DNA from: Thecamonas trahens ATCC 50062
Lineage: Eukaryota; Protista; Apusomonadida
Reading direction: 5' to 3'
Assembly (NCBI RefSeq): GCF_000142905.1
Contig: NW_013657649.1
Coordinates: forward strand, 310,001 to 374,000
Length of the DNA: 64,000 bases
Part shown: piece after piece, positions 55,033 to 64,000 of the stretch
How positions within the stretch are numbered: the stretch's first letter is position 1
Layout: the number at the start of each line of letters is the position of its first letter
Translations under genes and position numbers: made by a program
The notes under the pieces: model-generated
The model's input: the letters and a program-made list of their open reading frames with translations, nothing else
Databases searched by the model: none
Told to the model about the DNA's origin: nothing

Positions 55033-57822
55033 ATGTACTCTTCGCGGTACGCAGGGAGCGAGACGGTGTCGGACCATGGCCACTCGGAGCAAGTAGAGGT
55101 CGGGGGCTCTTCTTCCTCCTCCTCCTCGTCTTCTTCTCCTTCCTCCACTCGCACCTCGCCCAACGTGGCCCGCAAGAGTCGCTCCGAGTCTAACGTGTCG
55201 GGCGTGGGCGACTTGCTGGCCTCGTCGGCCTCGTCGACCTCAGCACGGGCTGACCGGGCTGACCGGGCTGACCGTGGTGACCGTGGTGACCAGGCTGGTT
55301 CTGGGCAGCAAGCCAAGTACATGTCGTCGCCCTCGGGCTCGTCGGACTGTGGTCAGGATGGTGTGCTTCTGGAAGAGGTCAAGCGCTCGCGGTCGCGGGC
55401 CGGACGGTCGTACAACGACGGTCCGCGGTCTCGCCGCTCGCGCTCCCGCCAGCCATCGAACGCTCAGCCGCCGTCCTCTGGCCCGCCGCGGGGGCGGCGG
55501 CGGCGCTCGCGCTCACTCAAGCCACAGGCGCTGACAAGCGTTGGCGCAGGGCCGTCGAGCAAGCGGGCAAAGACTTCGCGTGATTCGTCGGGCCGCTCGT
55601 CACCCACGCCTCCCGATGACAATGGGATTGGCGCTGCGTCTACACGCGGCCGAATCGTGGAAGACACAGATGCCGACGCCGGCGCCGGCCGCAGCAGCTT
55701 GGGTGTCTTGGGCGAGGGCGGAAGAGGCTCGGCCGACAGCGCCGCGGCGGATGAGCGGGCAGCGACGGCGACGCTCGCGCCCGCCGATGGCGATGGCGAC
55801 GGCGACGGCGACGACGAGACCCGGTTCCCGTTTCCCAAGTGTTCAGACCCGGGGCTCCTTGTGGAAGTCCTCATCTACATGGCCTTTCTCATTGTGTTCT
55901 CGTTGGTGGTCTTCAACATGCGCGACCCGTTGTACTCGTTCCTCCACAATGACAACATGAAGGATCTGTTTCTCGACGAGGAGTTTCCGGGCATCGACGT
56001 GCTGAAGACGTTCCGCGACGTGGCGACCAAGGAAGAGTTCTGGCAGTTTTTGCATGGCCCATTCATCAATGGCTTGCTCGGCGACTTTGGCGCCGGCGAG
56101 GGTGTCATCTACGGCGTCAACTGGCTCGTCGGCTCGGCGCGGATGCGGCAAGTCCGTGTCAAGCCCGCGCTGTGCGACGTTCACGCCGACTTTTTCCCGC
56201 TCATCACCCAGTGCTACGGCCGGTACGCGATCGGCGAGGAGGACCGCGAGCCGTACGGGCCCGGCGACGCATGGACATACCGCTCGTGCGGCGAGCTCGG
56301 TTCGGTCTGCAAGCAGTACGCGCGTCTGCGGCGGTACGACGGCGGCGGATATACGCAGGACTTTGGCGCTGGCACTCTAGCGACCGAGTCAGCTCGGCTG
56401 GCGGCGCTTGAGGCCGACAACTGGGTCGACTTGCAGACGCGGGCCGTCTTTATTGACTTTACCACCTACAACCCGACGGTCAACTTGTTTCTGGTGGCGC
56501 AGCTCCAGTTTGAGTTTATGCCCTCTGGCGGCGTGTATCCCGACTTTAAGTTCCGGGTCCTCCGCCTCTATCGGTACGAGGGCACCAACGGGACGCTGCA
56601 GCTTGTGGGCGAGCTCGCGATTGCCATCTTTGTCTGTCTGTTCTTCCTTGAGGAGCTGGTGCAGATGTGCGTGTCGTGTCTCCGCTCGCGGCGGGTCCGG
56701 GCGCTGCGGGCGCAGGGCATTCTGGTAGAGTCGCGCCAGACGCCGTACTTTCGCGACGCGTGGAACTACGTGGACCACCTCAACATTGTCTTCTTCCTCG
56801 TCGTCTTTTACTGCCGGTACAAGGTCGACGCGAACTTTGACGCGCTCAACTTGGTGCCGTCGGACCGGTCGACCTATTTTGACTTTACGCGGCCGGTCAT
56901 GTGGGACGCGGCCGAGAAGTCGCTTCTTGCTTGTAACGCCTTCCTCCTCTGGTTCAAAGTCTTCAAGTTTGCCGTCTTTGCGCCGCGAATGGGCATGATT
57001 GCCAAGGTTGTGGGCAAGGCCTTTCTCCCGCTCTTTTTCTTCATCTTTATGTTCATGTTTGTCCTCTTTGGCTTTGCCCAGGCTGGCGCGCTCGCCTTTG
57101 GCTCGGACGTCGAGGGCTACGATACGCTCGGGACAACCATCTTTACCATGCTCCTCGCCACGCTCGGCGAGTTTGACTTTGAGGGCCTTCGCCACTCCAA
57201 CCGCGGCTTTGGTCCGTTCTTCTTTTTCACCTTTATCATCCTCATCTTTTTCATTGTCCTCTCCATGTTCCTCGCCATTGTCGACAACGCGTACGACGAG
57301 GTCTCGGAAGAGCTCCGGCGCTCGCAGGAGCCGTCGGTCTTTGCCAAGGCGCTCGCCTGGTTCTCGACGACCAAGGTCGGCTCGCGGATGGCGTCGTTCC
57401 TCGAGCTGCAGGATAAGCTGACCGAGATTCGCCGGGCCATCGAGATCGGCGACCTCAACCACGACGGCAAGATCTCGAAGAAGGAACTGCAGATCATCAT
57501 GGACTCGAAGCGCGAGTACTTTGAGGGCACTGCCGCCGACCTGATGGAGCGCTATGACGTCGACAACGACAACATGCTCTCCGAGGCCGAGCGCGCCCGG
57601 TTCTATGCCGACATGGAGCGCGAGCAGACGGCCATCGCTTCTAAGATCGTCTCGCTCCGCGAGGCCAACTCGGAAGAGTTTACCCTCCTCTTTGACCTTC
57701 TCTCCGACCGCATCTCCACCGTAGAGTCGCGCCTGGCTGTCCAGCTGGCCCTGCTGGAGGCGCGGGTCAAGGAGGAGGCCCAGCGGCTCGGCCGTGCCCG
57801 TCTCGGCTCCAGCCGCCCGTAG
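55033..57822 (+). CDS. PKD2: Polycystin-2 (TRPP) cation channel with two EF-hands and coiled coil
   Basis: TM1 LLVEVLIYMAFLIVF; TOP domain NWLVGSARMRQVRV, YDGGGY, NWVDLQTRAVFIDFTTYNPTVNLF; pore LGEFDF, GPFFFFTF…LSMFLAIVDNAYDEV; EF-hands DLNHDGKISKKE and DVDNDNMLSEAE. Confidence 0.92.
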   Translation: MYSSRYAGSETVSDHGHSEQVEVGGSSSSSSSSSSPSSTRTSPNVARKSRSESNVSGVGDLLASSASSTSARADRADRADRGDRGDQAGSGQQAKYMSSPSGSSDCGQDGVLLEEVKRSRSRAGRSYNDGPRSRRSRSRQPSNAQPPSSGPPRGRRRRSRSLKPQALTSVGAGPSSKRAKTSRDSSGRSSPTPPDDNGIGAASTRGRIVEDTDADAGAGRSSLGVLGEGGRGSADSAAADERAATATLAPADGDGDGDGDDETRFPFPKCSDPGLLVEVLIYMAFLIVFSLVVFNMRDPLYSFLHNDNMKDLFLDEEFPGIDVLKTFRDVATKEEFWQFLHGPFINGLLGDFGAGEGVIYGVNWLVGSARMRQVRVKPALCDVHADFFPLITQCYGRYAIGEEDREPYGPGDAWTYRSCGELGSVCKQYARLRRYDGGGYTQDFGAGTLATESARLAALEADNWVDLQTRAVFIDFTTYNPTVNLFLVAQLQFEFMPSGGVYPDFKFRVLRLYRYEGTNGTLQLVGELAIAIFVCLFFLEELVQMCVSCLRSRRVRALRAQGILVESRQTPYFRDAWNYVDHLNIVFFLVVFYCRYKVDANFDALNLVPSDRSTYFDFTRPVMWDAAEKSLLACNAFLLWFKVFKFAVFAPRMGMIAKVVGKAFLPLFFFIFMFMFVLFGFAQAGALAFGSDVEGYDTLGTTIFTMLLATLGEFDFEGLRHSNRGFGPFFFFTFIILIFFIVLSMFLAIVDNAYDEVSEELRRSQEPSVFAKALAWFSTTKVGSRMASFLELQDKLTEIRRAIEIGDLNHDGKISKKELQIIMDSKREYFEGTAADLMERYDVDNDNMLSEAERARFYADMEREQTAIASKIVSLREANSEEFTLLFDLLSDRISTVESRLAVQLALLEARVKEEAQRLGRARLGSSRP

Positions 57823-57826
57823 CGGA

Positions 57827-60808
57827 TCACCCAACTCTGATGACAAGCCGCTGCAGCAGCTCGGGCGTGACTGCTCGCTCATACGCCGCAAGCAGTCGCA
57901 GCCCGCGATTGTTGATGGGAGTTTGCTCCAGGAGCTCGCCGAGTGTGGTCACGACAAAGCCAAACTTGACTCGCATGCCCGGGTCCGGCGTCCATGGCGC
58001 CGGCGGGAGCTCACCGGCATCGCCAACCTGGATGTCCGGAAGTGAGAGCCGGGTGCCAGCGTTGCCGGCCCACAGCCGCCACTCGCCGGCGAGCGAGCCA
58101 ACGCCGACGAGCACGGCCTGAAACATGAGGCTCAGCGCCCGCTCAGCAGTCATGCTCGCCAGCGCGTTGCTGCGGGTTATGCCGAGCCCATGCGCGGCCG
58201 TGACCGTCGCCTTCAGCGCGGCGGCGGCGGCGGCGTCGTCGACGCCGGCCACCGCGGCCAGCGCCGTGAGACAGAGCTCGTCGAGCGGATCCGGCGGCGC
58301 CAGTCGCATCCACCCGTCCAGGCGTGGGAGAAGTGGCTCGCTCGGGTGCCAGGTGAGCGTGACCGGGCAGAGGAACTCGGTCGGCTGGTAGCCCATCTTG
58401 TATGCCATCCGCTCGTTGCCGGGCACATAGTACACCATGTAGTAGTAGCTTGCCACGTCCGGGTGGCCTACCACCCACTCGATCTCCTGCAGCACCGAGT
58501 ACACGCCGAGCTTGAGAAAGGCAAGATCCGGGTCGTACATGCAGTAGTTGGAGACGAGCGCGCCGGGCACGATGTCAACCGCGCACACCATTACTAGTGC
58601 ATTGTCGATGTAGTACCGGTAGTGCCAGGCGCCGTAGTGGTGAGCTACGCCGTCGGTCGCGTCGTCGGTGACAAACGGGTCGTTGACAAAGGTGTTCCGG
58701 AACTTGGACGGCGTCACCTCCGTGTCGTTGTGGAGCGCGGCCTGGTACTTGACGTACAAGTTGTAGGTCGGCTTGTGAAAGTACGGCCTGACACGCTCGA
58801 CACGCAGCGTGTGGGGCGCCGGGTTGGCACCATCGCGCGGCTCCCACTCACCGGCCAGGAATCGACGCATGCGCACCAGCACCCGCCGCTTGGAGCGCGA
58901 CGGCCGGAACTCGCTCGCCAGCAGCCGGATCTGGTACTGCGGACAGCACGAGGCAGCGTTCTCGGGCCAGTAGAGCGAGAGGCCGTAGCGCGAGAAGCCA
59001 CGATCGATGAGGAGCGCGTAGTCCTCCGGCCGCAGCGCGAGGGCCAGGAAGACACAGTACGTCCGGCACGACTCGCCCTTGCGGTGGCAGTATGCGCACT
59101 CGCTGGCGTGAAAGGTCTTGTTGCAGAGGCCAACGAGTGAGCCGCCATGCAGCGCGTTTCGAGCGTTCCACTGCCGCACCGTCTCGGCATCTGCTCGCGC
59201 GTTCGCGTCCTCGGCCGCTTCTCGAGCTGCGACCTCGACAGGCGTCTCCGGTGCAGCCTCGAGCGCAGCTGCGTTGCTCGTAGCCTGGGAGGCGGCACCG
59301 GGGTCGACTGCCAGCTGGGACAGCCGCGACATTGTCTGTTGCGTGGCCTGGTCCGCAGAGTGCTCGCTCGGCCAGGGTCCCGCTTGCCATGACGCGAGCC
59401 GGCGGCGGAGCGCAACAAGTGCGGCGTCATCGCCGTCGAGGTCGGCGACAAGCGCAAGGTGCGCCGACTCGCTGGGCGTGAGACGCGCAGACTCAGGCAA
59501 GTTGGCAAAGTAGTATACCGTGGCCGGGAGGCCAGAGTGTGGCGGCACGAGCTGGAGGGCGGCTAGCGAGTCGCGGGTGCGGAGGAGGCCATGCGGCGAG
59601 CAGGCAGCGAGTTTGGCGGCAGCCTCCAGGTGGCCGGCGTCAACGAGGCGGCCAAAGGCGGATTGGAGGAGGGCAGGCCCATTGATGCGGACGGCGAAGA
59701 CGTGGCCACGGTTTGTCACAAAGGTGAATCCTGCAGCATCAGAGCTGACAGTGGTTGCAAGCAATGCGTCGTAGGTGACCCGGGTCGTGGAGAGGCACGA
59801 TCCCGAGCCAAGGTCAAAGACATGGGCGTAGCCAAGCTGAGTGATGCAGACAACAGCGTTGCATGTGGACAGGGCATGGAGCGCAAGTGGAACGTCGTCG
59901 GCGGCATCGGGCGGGTGCACAAGCGGAACGGTTTGCCGGGCTACCGCGGCAGTGGTGCCGCTCTTGGCGATGTCTACCATGCTGACGACTGCGTGAGCGC
60001 CGGTACCCGCAGCGTAGACCAGAACCAACACGCCAGTCTCGTAGACAACAAAGGCGCAAGCGCGGCCGCTAACGTGTCTTGTCGGCTCACCAAACAGCGA
60101 GCAGAGCTGCACCGCGCCGCCGTCGGCGCGCACGCCGGCGACAGCCAGCCATCTCGAGTCGGGCGAGATGCAGCACGAGGTGATGGCAGCGCCGTCAAGC
60201 TCGGGGATGCGGTGAGCGACGTGGAGAGGGCTCGGCTCTGAGGCGACGTGCCAGCAGTAGACGGCCATGGTGGTGATGAGCGCCAGGGTGTTGTCATTGA
60301 GCCATGTGACAAGCTCGACGTCGTTGTCCATGACACACCTTCGGACAGCGGTGCCGAGCTTGAGATCGACGACTTTGATGCTCCGAGCCGAGCGCAGGAC
60401 CAGGACACCCCCACCTGGTTTGAGCAGGGCATCGTCGACGTCTACATCCAAGATCACAACCTGGCCAGGATCCGCTATGTCGACCATGACGATCCTGGCC
60501 TCGTCCTCGACCGACTCGCGGACACAGAGATGGCTCTCCGACTCGAGCGAGACAGCCCCCGCGACCAAGGCCTCGCCGTCGATTCCCAGGTCCGACAGCT
60601 GCAGACAAAGAGAACGGTAGTGAGTCTCAGATAGTTGCTCTGTCTGCTGCTGCTGCCCACCCGGTGCAACCATCCCCTCGACCTCCTCCATCACCACCAT
60701 CGACGACTGACGACCGATGACCGACGACCGTTCCTGCAGGTGGGGATAGCCATGGCGTACCTTGAGAAGCTTGTGCAGAGTGAGTGGTCTGGCACGTGTG
60801 GCAGCCAT
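57827..60808 (-). CDS. Clathrin heavy-chain terminal domain + linker fused to arginyl-tRNA-protein transferase (ATE1-like); in-frame intron 60599-60760
   Basis: One stop-free ORF. N-part LSDLGI…SLESESHLCVRES…IVMVDIADP…WLNDNTLALIT…AVYCW and EAAAKLAACSPHGLLRT match clathrin TD and linker. C-part CAYC, YALLIDRGFSRYG, SCCPQYQIRL, YNLYVKYQAALHND, AVDIVP…YDPDLAFLKLGVYSVLQEI, YYYMVYY…MAYKMGYQPTEFLCP matches ATE1. Confidence 0.88.
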   Translation of the reverse strand: MAATRARPLTLHKLLKVRHGYPHLQERSSVIGRQSSMVVMEEVEGMVAPGGQQQQTEQLSETHYRSLCLQLSDLGIDGEALVAGAVSLESESHLCVRESVEDEARIVMVDIADPGQVVILDVDVDDALLKPGGGVLVLRSARSIKVVDLKLGTAVRRCVMDNDVELVTWLNDNTLALITTMAVYCWHVASEPSPLHVAHRIPELDGAAITSCCISPDSRWLAVAGVRADGGAVQLCSLFGEPTRHVSGRACAFVVYETGVLVLVYAAGTGAHAVVSMVDIAKSGTTAAVARQTVPLVHPPDAADDVPLALHALSTCNAVVCITQLGYAHVFDLGSGSCLSTTRVTYDALLATTVSSDAAGFTFVTNRGHVFAVRINGPALLQSAFGRLVDAGHLEAAAKLAACSPHGLLRTRDSLAALQLVPPHSGLPATVYYFANLPESARLTPSESAHLALVADLDGDDAALVALRRRLASWQAGPWPSEHSADQATQQTMSRLSQLAVDPGAASQATSNAAALEAAPETPVEVAAREAAEDANARADAETVRQWNARNALHGGSLVGLCNKTFHASECAYCHRKGESCRTYCVFLALALRPEDYALLIDRGFSRYGLSLYWPENAASCCPQYQIRLLASEFRPSRSKRRVLVRMRRFLAGEWEPRDGANPAPHTLRVERVRPYFHKPTYNLYVKYQAALHNDTEVTPSKFRNTFVNDPFVTDDATDGVAHHYGAWHYRYYIDNALVMVCAVDIVPGALVSNYCMYDPDLAFLKLGVYSVLQEIEWVVGHPDVASYYYMVYYVPGNERMAYKMGYQPTEFLCPVTLTWHPSEPLLPRLDGWMRLAPPDPLDELCLTALAAVAGVDDAAAAAALKATVTAAHGLGITRSNALASMTAERALSLMFQAVLVGVGSLAGEWRLWAGNAGTRLSLPDIQVGDAGELPPAPWTPDPGMRVKFGFVVTTLGELLEQTPINNRGLRLLAAYERAVTPELLQRLVIRVG

Positions 60809-61408
60809 CCTGCACAGAGAAGAAGGAGACCTTGTATATTGCGCACGCGCGCGTGTGTGTGTGTGTGTGGGGGGGGGGGGGGTGCGTGTGGTGCAGGTCG
60901 TCGAGGGCAGGTGGCCTTGGTGTGGTTGGGGGGAGCTTGTGCCGGTCTTGAGGCTTCATTGATGATGCGAACGGATAACCCAAGAACAGCTTTGACAGAG
61001 CCAGACAGAACAGGTTTTGAGCACGCGCAGGAGGGGGGGGGGGGGGGGGGGGGGCTACTTCTCACCACCGATGACCACCATCACCCCCTAGTATACCTTG
61101 CCCATGATAGTAACCACATCCCCAACCTTTCTGATCCATCCATTCAACTCGCAAGTTGGCGAGCTGGCAGTCCTCCTAATCTTTGCACATCAATGGACGG
61201 AGCGGTGAAGCGGACGAGTGGCACCGTGGTTCATCGTCTGTTCCACATCAGGAACATTGGCCACACCGGACGACGACGCCAGCAACCAGCCAGACGCACC
61301 AACCACCGCCACACGACTCGACCGACCACGAGCACACACATACACACATAGAGAAAGCAAGAAAGAGAGAGAGAGAGACGTACAGAGGTGCATACACATA
61401 TAACTGTC

Positions 61409-62593
61409 ATGGCTGTGGGTGCACGGAGCAGGCCATGGGTTTGGTCGCCTCGTGACGAGGCCGCCGAGCCTGAGCCGGCCTACCACGAGTACCCTGCTGG
61501 TGGTACAGGCGCTGCCGCTGTACCTGCGGAGGCTACCATATCGAGTGGAGCCAGATCACATGCTTATGCCCAGTCCCAGGGGTATGCCCCCGCCCAGTCT
61601 CAGGGGTATGCCCCCGCCCAGTCTCAGGGGTATGCCCCCGCCCAGTCTCAGGGGTATGCCCATGCCCAGTCTCAGGGGTATGCCCCCGCCCAGTCTCAGG
61701 GGTATGCCCCCGCCCAGTCTCAGGGGTATGCCCCCGCCCAGTCTCAGGGGTATGCCCACGATCAGACGCCTGGCCACGGCTACAGCTACAGCCCGTACGC
61801 CGCCACCCAGAGCCCGAGCCCGTACCCGGCGGCTAGCCCGTACGCTGCGCGGGATCCGTATGCTGCGAGCGATGGTCCGGCAGGCGGTGGCAACCCGGCG
61901 TTCCTCGGCACCGCAGCGTATGCTGGTGCCGGGGCGACGCTCGGCGCAAACCAGACGGCGGCTTCATACCACGGCTACACCCAGCAGACCCCAGCTGCTG
62001 CTCTGACCGCGAGTCCGTATGGGCAGGGATACGGCCAGGACTACGCCGGTGGCTACGGCCAGGGCTACGCCGGTGGCTACGGCCAGGGCTACGCCGGTGG
62101 CTACGACCAGGGCTACGCCCAGGGCTACGGTTACGAACCATACGGCGCAACTGGCGGTGGCGGCGCCGTGCTGGGTGCACCGACCGCCGGTGCGGCTACT
62201 GGTGCTGCCACTGTTGGCAGCTACAGCCAGGGCGCGAGTCCGCTACTGGCGTCGATGCGCGGCGGCAGCAACACCCGCCCGCGGCTCGGCGCCGACGAGC
62301 CCTCATACTCGGACTCGGACGACGAGCCAGAGCCGATGGCCCGTGGGCCTGCGCTCCACGCCGTAGCTTCCACGACCGGCTTTGACGCCAGCACTGCGAG
62401 CGCCGACAAGCTGCCGATGGCCGCCGTCTACCACTCGCCGTATGCCCCGCAGGCTGCCACAGCCCCTCCTAAGCCGACGTCGATCAAGGAGCTCATCCGC
62501 CGAAACGCAGCAGTGCAAAAGGTCGGAACGCAAAAGCGCCGCGGCCGCGCCCCCAAGGCCCGCGGCGGCAAGAAGAAGGGCAAAAAAAGGTAG
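61409..62593 (+). CDS. Low-complexity Gly/Tyr/Gln/Ala-rich repeat protein with basic C-terminus
   Basis: ATG 61409; (AQSQGYAP)x8 and (GYGQGYAG)-type repeats; ends KARGGKKKGKKR*. Confidence 0.65.
   Translation: MAVGARSRPWVWSPRDEAAEPEPAYHEYPAGGTGAAAVPAEATISSGARSHAYAQSQGYAPAQSQGYAPAQSQGYAPAQSQGYAHAQSQGYAPAQSQGYAPAQSQGYAPAQSQGYAHDQTPGHGYSYSPYAATQSPSPYPAASPYAARDPYAASDGPAGGGNPAFLGTAAYAGAGATLGANQTAASYHGYTQQTPAAALTASPYGQGYGQDYAGGYGQGYAGGYGQGYAGGYDQGYAQGYGYEPYGATGGGGAVLGAPTAGAATGAATVGSYSQGASPLLASMRGGSNTRPRLGADEPSYSDSDDEPEPMARGPALHAVASTTGFDASTASADKLPMAAVYHSPYAPQAATAPPKPTSIKELIRRNAAVQKVGTQKRRGRAPKARGGKKKGKKR
61568..61759 (+). repeat. 24-bp coding tandem repeat x8
   Basis: gcccagtctcaggggtatgccccc repeated 8 times with few substitutions. 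Confidence 0.95.
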
Positions 62594-62883
62594 CTCGTAC
62601 CGCCCGTCCCAGAGAAGGCCACATCCCCCCCGTCATGCCATCAGCCGGCCAATCTGTTGCAAAGGTCGCCGCTCGTGCGCCCGAGCGAGCCAATTTGCTC
62701 TCCTTGTTGTTTTTTGGATGACGTGACACCAGGGCGTTCCCCACCAAACCCACACGTGAATTGCCAGTCGCCGCACAGAGTCAGCGCCTCACTACACACC
62801 CTCCTTTGAAGCCCCCACGCCCACAGCTCGATCACCACTTGACTCGTCCGGTTTTTTTTTGTCTAGCCTTTGTACAAGCTACT

Positions 62884-64000
62884 ATGTCTGCTTCTGACGC
62901 CCACCCGCTCTTCCAGCCGCTGACGATCGGCCCTGTGACTCTGCCGAACCGCATTGTCCAGGCGCCTTGCACGCGTGACCGTGCCGACAATGACGACGAC
63001 CGTGTGCCGACGCTGCCGCGGATGGCAGACCACTACGCCATGCGGGCCAAGCACGAGTTCGGCCTGCTCATTGCCGAGGCCACGCTGGTTTCGCGCGACG
63101 GCGCGGGCTACATCTGCACGCCGGGCATCTACTCGCCGGAGCAGATCGAGGCGTGGAAGGCCATCACGCAGGCGTGCCGCGAGGCCAACCCGCGGGTCCC
63201 GTTCTTCTGCCAGCTCTGGCACTGCGGCCGCCACTCGCACCGGCTGTTCCAGGCCGACGGCGAGCTCCCTGTGGCGCCGTCGGCCATCCCCATCGGCGGC
63301 AAAGACGAGAAGCTGGTGCCTGGATGGAAGAAGGTGCCGTACGAGGCGCCTCGCGAGGCGACACTTGAGGAGATGCGCGGCTTCCCGGCCGTCTTTGCTG
63401 CCGCCGCCCGCAACTCGATCGAGGCCGGCTTTGACGGCGTCGAGATCCACTCGGCGAACGGGTACCTGCTCGACCAGGCGCTCCGCGACGGCTCCAACCA
63501 GCGGACCGACGAGTATGGCGGCTCCATCGAGAACCGCGCTCGCCTGCTGCTCGAGACCACAGTGGCCGTCATCGAGGCCGTCGGCGACTCGAAGCGCGTC
63601 GGCGTCCGCCTCTCCCCCGCCGGCCTCAACGGCGACATGACCGACTCGAACCCTGTCGCCCTCTTCTCGTATGTCATGACCGAGCTCGACAAGCTCAACC
63701 TCGGGTACATTCACTTTAACGAGGAGAAGCCTGACGACGTCGAGTTCGACTTTGCCCACCTCGCCGGCCAGGCGCCCAACACTCCCATCATCGCCTGCTT
63801 CCGCTACGACCTCGACCGCGCCACCAAGACGCTCAAGGCCTCCGGCGGCTACGCTGACGCCATTGCATGGGGTCAGTGGCAGGTCGCCAACCCGGACCTG
63901 CCCATCCGCTTCCGCCGCGCCATCGACTCGGGTGAGGAGCCTGTCCTCAACCCCATCGACTGGCCCACGGTCTTTGCCGAGGGCGACGAGGGCTACAACA
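62884..64000 (+). CDS. Old yellow enzyme (NADH:flavin oxidoreductase / alkene reductase), 3'-truncated by window edge
   Basis: Not in the ORF track because it runs off the end. Translation: MSASDAHPLFQPLTIGPVTLPNRIVQAPCTRDRA…GLLIAEAT…TPGIYSPEQIEAWK…QLWHCGR…AGFDGVEIHSANGYLLDQ…NQRTDEYGGSIENRARLLLE…GVRLSP…ANPDLP. Confidence 0.95.
   Translation, partial: MSASDAHPLFQPLTIGPVTLPNRIVQAPCTRDRADNDDDRVPTLPRMADHYAMRAKHEFGLLIAEATLVSRDGAGYICTPGIYSPEQIEAWKAITQACREANPRVPFFCQLWHCGRHSHRLFQADGELPVAPSAIPIGGKDEKLVPGWKKVPYEAPREATLEEMRGFPAVFAAAARNSIEAGFDGVEIHSANGYLLDQALRDGSNQRTDEYGGSIENRARLLLETTVAVIEAVGDSKRVGVRLSPAGLNGDMTDSNPVALFSYVMTELDKLNLGYIHFNEEKPDDVEFDFAHLAGQAPNTPIIACFRYDLDRATKTLKASGGYADAIAWGQWQVANPDLPIRFRRAIDSGEEPVLNPIDWPTVFAEGDEGYN

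Noticed and set aside
56389-57891. Long antisense and alternative-frame ORFs over real genes (e.g. 500 aa antisense to PKD2, 409 aa antisense to HYDIN, 298 aa antisense to OYE)
   Set aside because: Expected shadow ORFs in high-GC, strongly codon-biased DNA, with no recognisable motifs.

Overview
Gene-dense, GC-rich, intron-poor eukaryotic DNA from a flagellated protist (it carries HYDIN, TTLL1 and PKD2). The style resembles the apusomonad Thecamonas, but that is inference only. About 20 protein-coding genes lie in mostly alternating orientation, with five N-gaps: TTLL1 (partial), a channel-type CLC, an eIF4E-family gene, a BEACH/neurobeachin-like protein, PPWD1, SAE1, a K+ channel, a QRICH2-like protein, HYDIN (16.7 kb), an ankyrin-kinase, a DUF4476-vWA protein, PKD2, an OYE oxidoreductase (partial) and several unknowns. 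The most unusual items are (1) a single ORF fusing a clathrin heavy-chain terminal propeller and linker to an ATE1 arginyl-tRNA-protein transferase, and (2) a single-chain K+ channel with four pore loops and an apparently circularly permuted C2 domain. Also noted: a recurrent (G)ACTCAC intron branch site, convergent stop codons only 4-70 bp apart, and eight same-sign frameshifts that are most likely homopolymer sequencing errors. No rRNA, tRNA, CRISPR array or mobile element was recognised. All family assignments come from recalled motifs; no database searches were run.
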